Assembly: GCF_009914755.1 (NCBI RefSeq)
Contig: NC_060926.1
Direction: 5' to 3' (one strand)
Source of the DNA: the human T2T-CHM13v2.0 reference genome, Homo sapiens
DNA length: 64,000 bases
The stretch's first letter is position 1. Each line of letters starts with the position of its first letter. The notes under the pieces were generated by a model, which saw only the letters and a list, made by a program, of their open reading frames with translations, was not told the origin of the DNA and made no database searches. The translations under genes were made by a program, and so were the position numbers. This document shows positions 58,201 through 64,000 of the stretch, piece after piece.

Positions 58201-58690
58201 AGTCTACCTGCTCTTCTATTGTATCATGGCTGAGCTGGCACTGAAACCACAAGACACAGTTCTTCCCACTCTTCCATTTCCTTTCCAAAGGCAGAGGAGC
58301 CTCACCCTTTGGTCAACGCCACCCCAGGCCATGAGGAGTACTGCCAGACTACCACCCATATTCCTTTAAGGCTTAAGGTTTCTTTGGTCAGCTTGTGGTA
58401 AATGCTGCCTGACCTGTGACTCACCCTTCAGGGCAGTGGGCTTCCCTCTGGCCCAGGGCAGGTCCAGAAATACCATCCAAGAGTCCCTTTTCCCTCTGCT
58501 TTTCTCAAGCAAGAGGAGTTTTGTCCCATAGCCACCACAGCTGGTAATGTGCTGAGTCTCCCCTGAAGCCAGCAAGTCTCAGAGTCTCACCCAATGCCCT
58601 CCATGTAGTACCTGAGTATCACCATTATAGAGGGCCCAAGGGCTCTTCAGTTAGCAAGACTGGGCCCTTTCCTTTAAGGCAGCAAGTTCC
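58201..58690 (-). mobile_element. L1M1/L1MA-type 5'UTR fragment
   Basis: GACTCACCCTTCAGGGCAGTGGGCTTCCCTCTGGCCCAGGGCAGGTCCAGAAAT. Confidence 0.7.
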
Positions 58691-58999
58691 GCAGCCTGTT
58701 AGGAACTGGGCTACACAGCAGAGGTGAGCTGTGGAAAAGTGAGCATTATCTTCTGAGCTCCACCTCCTGTCAGATCAGATCAGCGGTGGCATTAGATTCT
58801 CATAGGAGCGTGAACCCTATTGCGAACTCCGCATTCCAGGGCTCTAGGTTGTGTGCTTCTTATGTGACTTTAATGCCTGATGATCTGATGTGAGGTGGAA
58901 CAGTTTCATGCTGAAACCATCCCCCCACCACCTCTGTCTGTGGAAAAATAGTCTTCCATGAAACCAGTCCCTGGGTGCTAAAAAGGTTGGGGACTGCTG
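58691..58999 (+). mobile_element. MER1B (hAT-Charlie), 5' end lost
   Basis: GCCTGTTAGGAACTGGG..GGCATTAGATTCTCATAGGAGC..AAAAAGGTTGGGGACTGCTG. Confidence 0.88.
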
Positions 59000-59406
59000 C
59001 TCTAATGTGTAAAAGATACTAGTATCCCCTAACTGTATAAAAGATGCCATATCTACATCTATACATTCACATATATACTAACCCAAGTCTTATGTATTTA
59101 ATAGTAGAATTTTTGTCACTGTGAATGAAAAATCACAGACATGTTTGTTTAAGTGTCTGGTCAATTTTGCTGTTTGCATATTCCAGTAACAACTGGATTT
59201 TAGTTTTCTATTAGCTTAATATGACTACTTTGATCAGTTGTAGGGAAATGTTGTAACAATTACATTGATTTTTTTAAATGATCCAGTCACTCTAAGTGCT
59301 TTCTGATGATCTCTAATGACTTTGTAAATTCCCCAAATCAAACTTCTTTGTATTTTTCTGTTGGAATTGTAATGACAAGATACCACCTTTTACTACTCAT
59401 GTAGAG

Positions 59407-59726
59407 CAGCTGTCCCCAACCTTTTTGGCACCAGGATTCAGTTTTGTGGAAGACTATTTTTCCATGGACAGAGGTAGTGGGGATGGTTTTGGGATGAAAC
59501 TACTCCATCTCAGATCATCAGATTCTCATAAGGAGTACACAGCCTGGATCCCTCGTATGTACAGTTCACAATAGGTTTCAAGCTCCTATGAGAATCTAAT
59601 GCTGCCGCTGATTTGAGAGGAGGCAGAGCTCAGACGATAATGTTTGCTCACCTCCTGCTGTGTGGCCCAGTTATCAACAGGCCATGGACTACTAAGGGTC
59701 CGTGGCCTGGGGGGTTGAGAACCCCA
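59407..59726 (-). mobile_element. MER1B, full length
   Basis: CAGCTGTCCCCAACCTTTTTGGCACCAGG...; 8-bp TSD ATGTAGAG/ATCTAGAG. Confidence 0.9.
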
Positions 59727-60714
59727 ATCTAGAGAGGTATATTGTGATTTGTAAATTAATAAAAGGTCTTGTGAAATATTTTCTAGTTTCTCATTTATTT
59801 GGCTAACTTCATTTAAAAAGTTATACTGTACTTAGAAAGACAATGCCTGCCAGCCTTAAGAAGTCATCTTTAGTTGTATTTCAAACTTATCTTTAGTCAT
59901 AAGAAGTGGGAAATAAAGGCACAAAGTTATTGTAAAGAAGTATTTGTATTTGTTAAACATCTGGAAACACAACAAGTGAAAGCCAGCATATAGGTTCTTG
60001 TGTTATCAAATTATGAAACTGTACTAACCAAAAGAAGTAGAAAAGCATTGTAAATAAAGCATTAACTGTACTTTAGTTCAAGATAAATATTAATAAAAAA
60101 ATCGGTATTTTTTTCTCCTATGTTTAAAAGTCTTAAATAAGCATTTGTTCTAAGGGGCCATCAATATTTCACGTAGATGACTGGAATAATAGTCATTAGT
60201 CATTTCATAGTGTTAAAGTAACAGTTTTATTTGAGTTTTTTTAATGGTAGCTATTTTCTTTGCCTCAGAAGAGTCAAATATTGTCTTGTGACACACTATT
60301 AACATATATTAGAATGTGTTTGCTGGTCTCTCCACTAGGGAAAGCAAAGTTTTGTTGTTCTTCCGTCAGATTTTCACCACTGGTAGGAAAGAGTATAAGG
60401 TAACAGGAGAGCAGTTTTCCCTTAGAACCTCATTGTTTTATGCTTTTTCCTGCATTAAGTTGTGTTTTAATAGGTAAAGTGCTTTGGACCAATTCTTTTA
60501 TAATACTGAATTGTAGACACAACAATTTTCTTGCATGGGAGAGGAATGTTTGAAAATGAATCTTGTCTGAAGGGTGATGGGCATATAAGAAATAGCATCA
60601 TTAATATACACATTGAGTATGTAAGACACATAGGGCTGTGTGCTAGAGAAAGGCACAAATGTGTTTCTCTGGAACAAAGCCTGAAAAGGTCTGGGTCACA
60701 CAAGGAAACTAGGA

Positions 60715-60769
60715 CTCAAGGTGGACTTATTTCTCAAGGTGGACTTATTTCTCAAGGTGGACTTATTTC
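60715..60769. repeat. Perfect tandem repeat 3 x 18 bp
   Basis: CTCAAGGTGGACTTATTT x3. Confidence 0.97.
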
Positions 60770-61340
60770 CCTATTACTGTTCCTTTTCATTTCTCCGTCT
60801 TGTCCAATTTACCTGTACAGTTTTAGTTTTCTCCCTATGACCCTCCTTTTCCTTATTTCCTTTTTAACTTAGCTGTCCTCTTGCCACATTTAGACAGAAT
60901 TTAAAGTGCCTGTGATATCTAAGCATCTAACATTATGTGGTATAAAAGAATGAAATTGGACCCTTATCATCTTATACTATACAGAAAAATGAACTCAAAA
61001 TGGATAAAATACTTAAATATAAGACCTGAAACTGTGGGTCTAGCTAGTGATCAGCTTGCTATTAACTAGATGAAAGCAAGTAGAAAAAGTTTCTCGACTT
61101 TGGCCTTGGCAATGATTTCTTGGCTATGTCACCAAAAGCAAAAATTGAAAGGTAAAACTACTTTAAACTAAAAAGATGCTGCAATCAATAAAATGAAAAG
61201 CAACCTACAGAATGGGAGAAAATATTTGCAAATCATATATCCCATAAATAGTTAATATCCAAAATAGACAAAAAAAATCCTACAACTTAATAGCAAAAGA
61301 ACCAAACAAAAATCCCTATTAAAAATTAGGAAATGACTTG

Positions 61341-61620
61341 CTGTGCTCGATTTCCAGCCTTTTGTCCTCTCCGTCACAAGAGGAAGAGTTCCACAGAGTA
61401 ATAATTGGTTTGGAGAATAGATCATATGCTCTATAATAGACCACTAAATCCACAAGGTTTTTCTCCCATCTAGAAGTGTCACTTTGTTTTAGAAGACCAT
61501 TCTATTGACTTCTAAGGCCAGCTATTTCTGGGTGGTGACTGCATGGTAAGACCTGTGAATCACATAGATTTGAACTCACTGCCTTGCTTGTTTTGTTATG
61601 AAAAAATATTCCTTGGTCCA
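61341..61620 (-). mobile_element. Orphan ERVL integrase fragment inside L1
   Basis: Minus-strand peptides DQGI, IHRSYH, HHPEIAGL, NGLLK resemble HERV-L integrase (SDQGTHF..IHWSYHVPHHPEAAGLIERWNGLLK). Confidence 0.7.
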
Positions 61621-62373
61621 AAGAAGACACAAAATGAACAAACAAGACATAAATATGACCAAAGATGCTCAACATTCCCAGTCATCAGGAAAACAGACAT
61701 TAAAGCACAATGAGATATCAGTTCATCAGTTCTCATCTGTTAGAATGTCTATTATCAAAAAAAGAGATAAGTATTGACAGGTGGTAAGGATGTGGATATA
61801 AGGATATCCTTCTATACTTCGGTGGAAATATAAATTTTTGTAGCTACCATGTGAAATAATATGGAGGTTCAAAATCTAGCAATCTTATTTCTGGGTATTT
61901 ATCTAAAGGGATTAAAATCAGAATCATGAAGAGATATCTGTACCTCATGTTCACTGCAGGGTTACTTACAAGAGCCAAGATATGGAAGCAACCTAAATGT
62001 TCATTGACAAATGAGTGGATAAAGAAAATGTGTGATACGCATAAAATGAATGTTATTCAGCTTAAAAAAAAAAAGAAAATCTTGCTATTTACAACCACGT
62101 GGATAAACCTGGAGGACATTAAGCTAAGGGAAATAAGCCAGACACCGAAAGAAAAATACTACATAATTTCATCTATATGAGGAATCTAAAATTGTCAAGC
62201 TAATAAAAACAGAGTAAAATGGTGCTTGCCATTCTTCTGGGGAGAGGGGAAAATGGGTAAGTAATAGTGAAAGGGTACAAAGTTTCCACTGTACAAGATG
62301 AATAAGTCCTAGAGATCTGCTGAAAAGAATTGTGTCTATTGTTAGAAATGTTGTGGTTTTTTTTTCTGCCTCA

Positions 62374-62760
62374 TTTTATTTTATTTTATTTATTTTTATT
62401 TTTTATTTTATTTTATTATTATTATACTTTAAGTTTTAGCGTACATGTGCACAATGTGCAGGTTAGTTACATATGTATACACGTGCCATGCTGGTGTGCT
62501 GCAGCCATTAACTCATCATTTAGCATTAGTTTTATCTCCTAAAGGTATCCCTCCCCCCTCCCCCCACCCCACAACAGTCCCCAGCGTGTGATATTACCCT
62601 TCCTGTGTCCATGTGTTCTCATTGTTCAGTTCCCACCTATGAGTGAGAATATGCGGTGTTTGGTTTTTTGTTCTTGCGATAGTTTACTGAGAATGATGAT
62701 TTCCAATTTCATCCATGTCCCTACAAAGGACATGAACTCATCATTTTTTATGGCTGCATA
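62374..62760 (-). mobile_element. Young L1PA (PA2/3-like) 3' end nested in the old L1
   Basis: (TTTTA)n tail, TTATACTTTAAGTTTTAG..GTACATGTGCACAATGTGCAGGTTAGTTAC. Confidence 0.93.
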
Positions 62761-64000
62761 CAGCAATGTAGTGTTTTATACTTAAATATTTGCTGCGAGG
62801 TTAGATCTTATGTTAAGTTTTCTTACCACAAGAAATAATCATAAATAAAGACGGTGAGAGAAAACTTTCAGAGGTGATGGATATATTTATGGCATAGATG
62901 GTGGTGATAGTTTCATGGGTGTAAACTGATTTCCAAACTCATCTACTCGTACAATAAATACGTACCGATATTTGCATGTCAATCACACCTCAAAAAGTGA
63001 TTTAAAACTAAACAAATAAAAAAGTTTATATAATGACAAAGATCTTTCTACCTTCTGATGGTTTATGTCTTTGATATTCTATGCATATGAACTCCCTACA
63101 GAATTTAGGACTTTGGAAATTGTTAATATTTTTTTTTTCTAGGAGTATAGGTCAAACACTAATTTTTTTTCCTTTGTTTTCCTATAAATGTTCAAGCCAG
63201 GTCAGAGCAAACATGTTGCTGAAATATCTTGCCCTTACAGCGAGGTTCCAACTCCATTCTGGACAACCTGTCTGTTCCTTGCTGACATCAAATTTTGCCC
63301 TTGAACAAGCAGAGGTTCCATTTTCCTTTCAGAGTAGATTAATAGGCATCTATTTTGTGTGGAACCTCCTTCCAATTTCCTCTCTGCTTGATTCTCTCTG
63401 TAAGGCTTTTCATTTTAATTAGGCTAGTCAATTACTCACACAAGAGAATATCTCACATATTTAAAGCCAGTAGAGTTTTTCATCCACTTTTTCAAATGTG
63501 GTCTTTTAACTCAGTTAAGAGCTTTTCAAAATCCTTCTTAATAAAAGCACAGATAAGGCATTTATTAAAACTTGAGATTCTCCACTTATTCCCATTATGT
63601 TTCAGGCAGGCTATTTCTTAGTCTCATAGTTAGTTATCTTCACAGCTCTCAACAGTTTTCTTTTCCATTTTCCTATTTACAATCTCTATTTTCCCTTTTG
63701 TTTATAAGGTAAAATCCCTGAATGATTCAAAGTGCGTTCCAAACAGTAATTGGAAATTGTGTTTGCTGCAAGAATTCATTAGGTTTAGTCCTTAGACCAT
63801 AAGTCCCAAATCGAAAGAATTTAAAATATAGTTCAGGACACTAAAGCACTCAATGACAGAAGAATTGTGACAATAATAAATTGTAAGTCAAGCCAAATCC
63901 TCAAGAGTACTGTGCAGTTGCTCTTTATAAACCTAGCTAATGATCAGCTTATTATTAACTGGATTCACATATTAATGTAGAATGTAAATATGAAAATCTT

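Larger units (their letters stand above)
60935..63025 (+). mobile_element. L1MA10/L1MB1-like 3' fragment, multiply interrupted
   Basis: ORF2 end (AKIWKQPKCSLTNEWIKKM) and 3'UTR GGTGATGGATATATTTATGGCATAGAT. Confidence 0.85.

Overview
AT-rich primate (human-like) genomic DNA, intergenic or deep intronic, dominated by interspersed repeats. No host protein-coding gene, RNA gene or CpG island can be supported. The ORF track consists of Alu, L1, ERV and microsatellite read-throughs or chance ORFs. The main element is a two-LTR HERV-H provirus on the minus strand (40084-45746, 5-bp TSD ATTAC). Its LTR7s carry the ACAAAAGA SOX-type motif I recall for the pluripotency-active LTR7up clade, plus TATA and KLF motifs, and it has an intact consensus major splice donor. 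Downstream in the same orientation lie a strong exon candidate (10422-10587) and two co-oriented CTCF core motifs (~13.75 kb, ~31.9 kb), so the best hypothesis for a 'system' is an LTR7-driven lncRNA / chromatin boundary unit. Other notable items: a 37-bp-arm hairpin outside recognisable repeats (9138-9246), a twin-primed 5'-inverted L1, a shuffled A-B-B'-A' local duplication, two foreign templated insertions inside one old L1, nested MaLR stacks and an ancient LTR16/ERVL remnant. Repeat subfamily names come from my memory of consensus sequences and need Dfam/RepeatMasker confirmation. I found nothing that proves a previously undescribed system.
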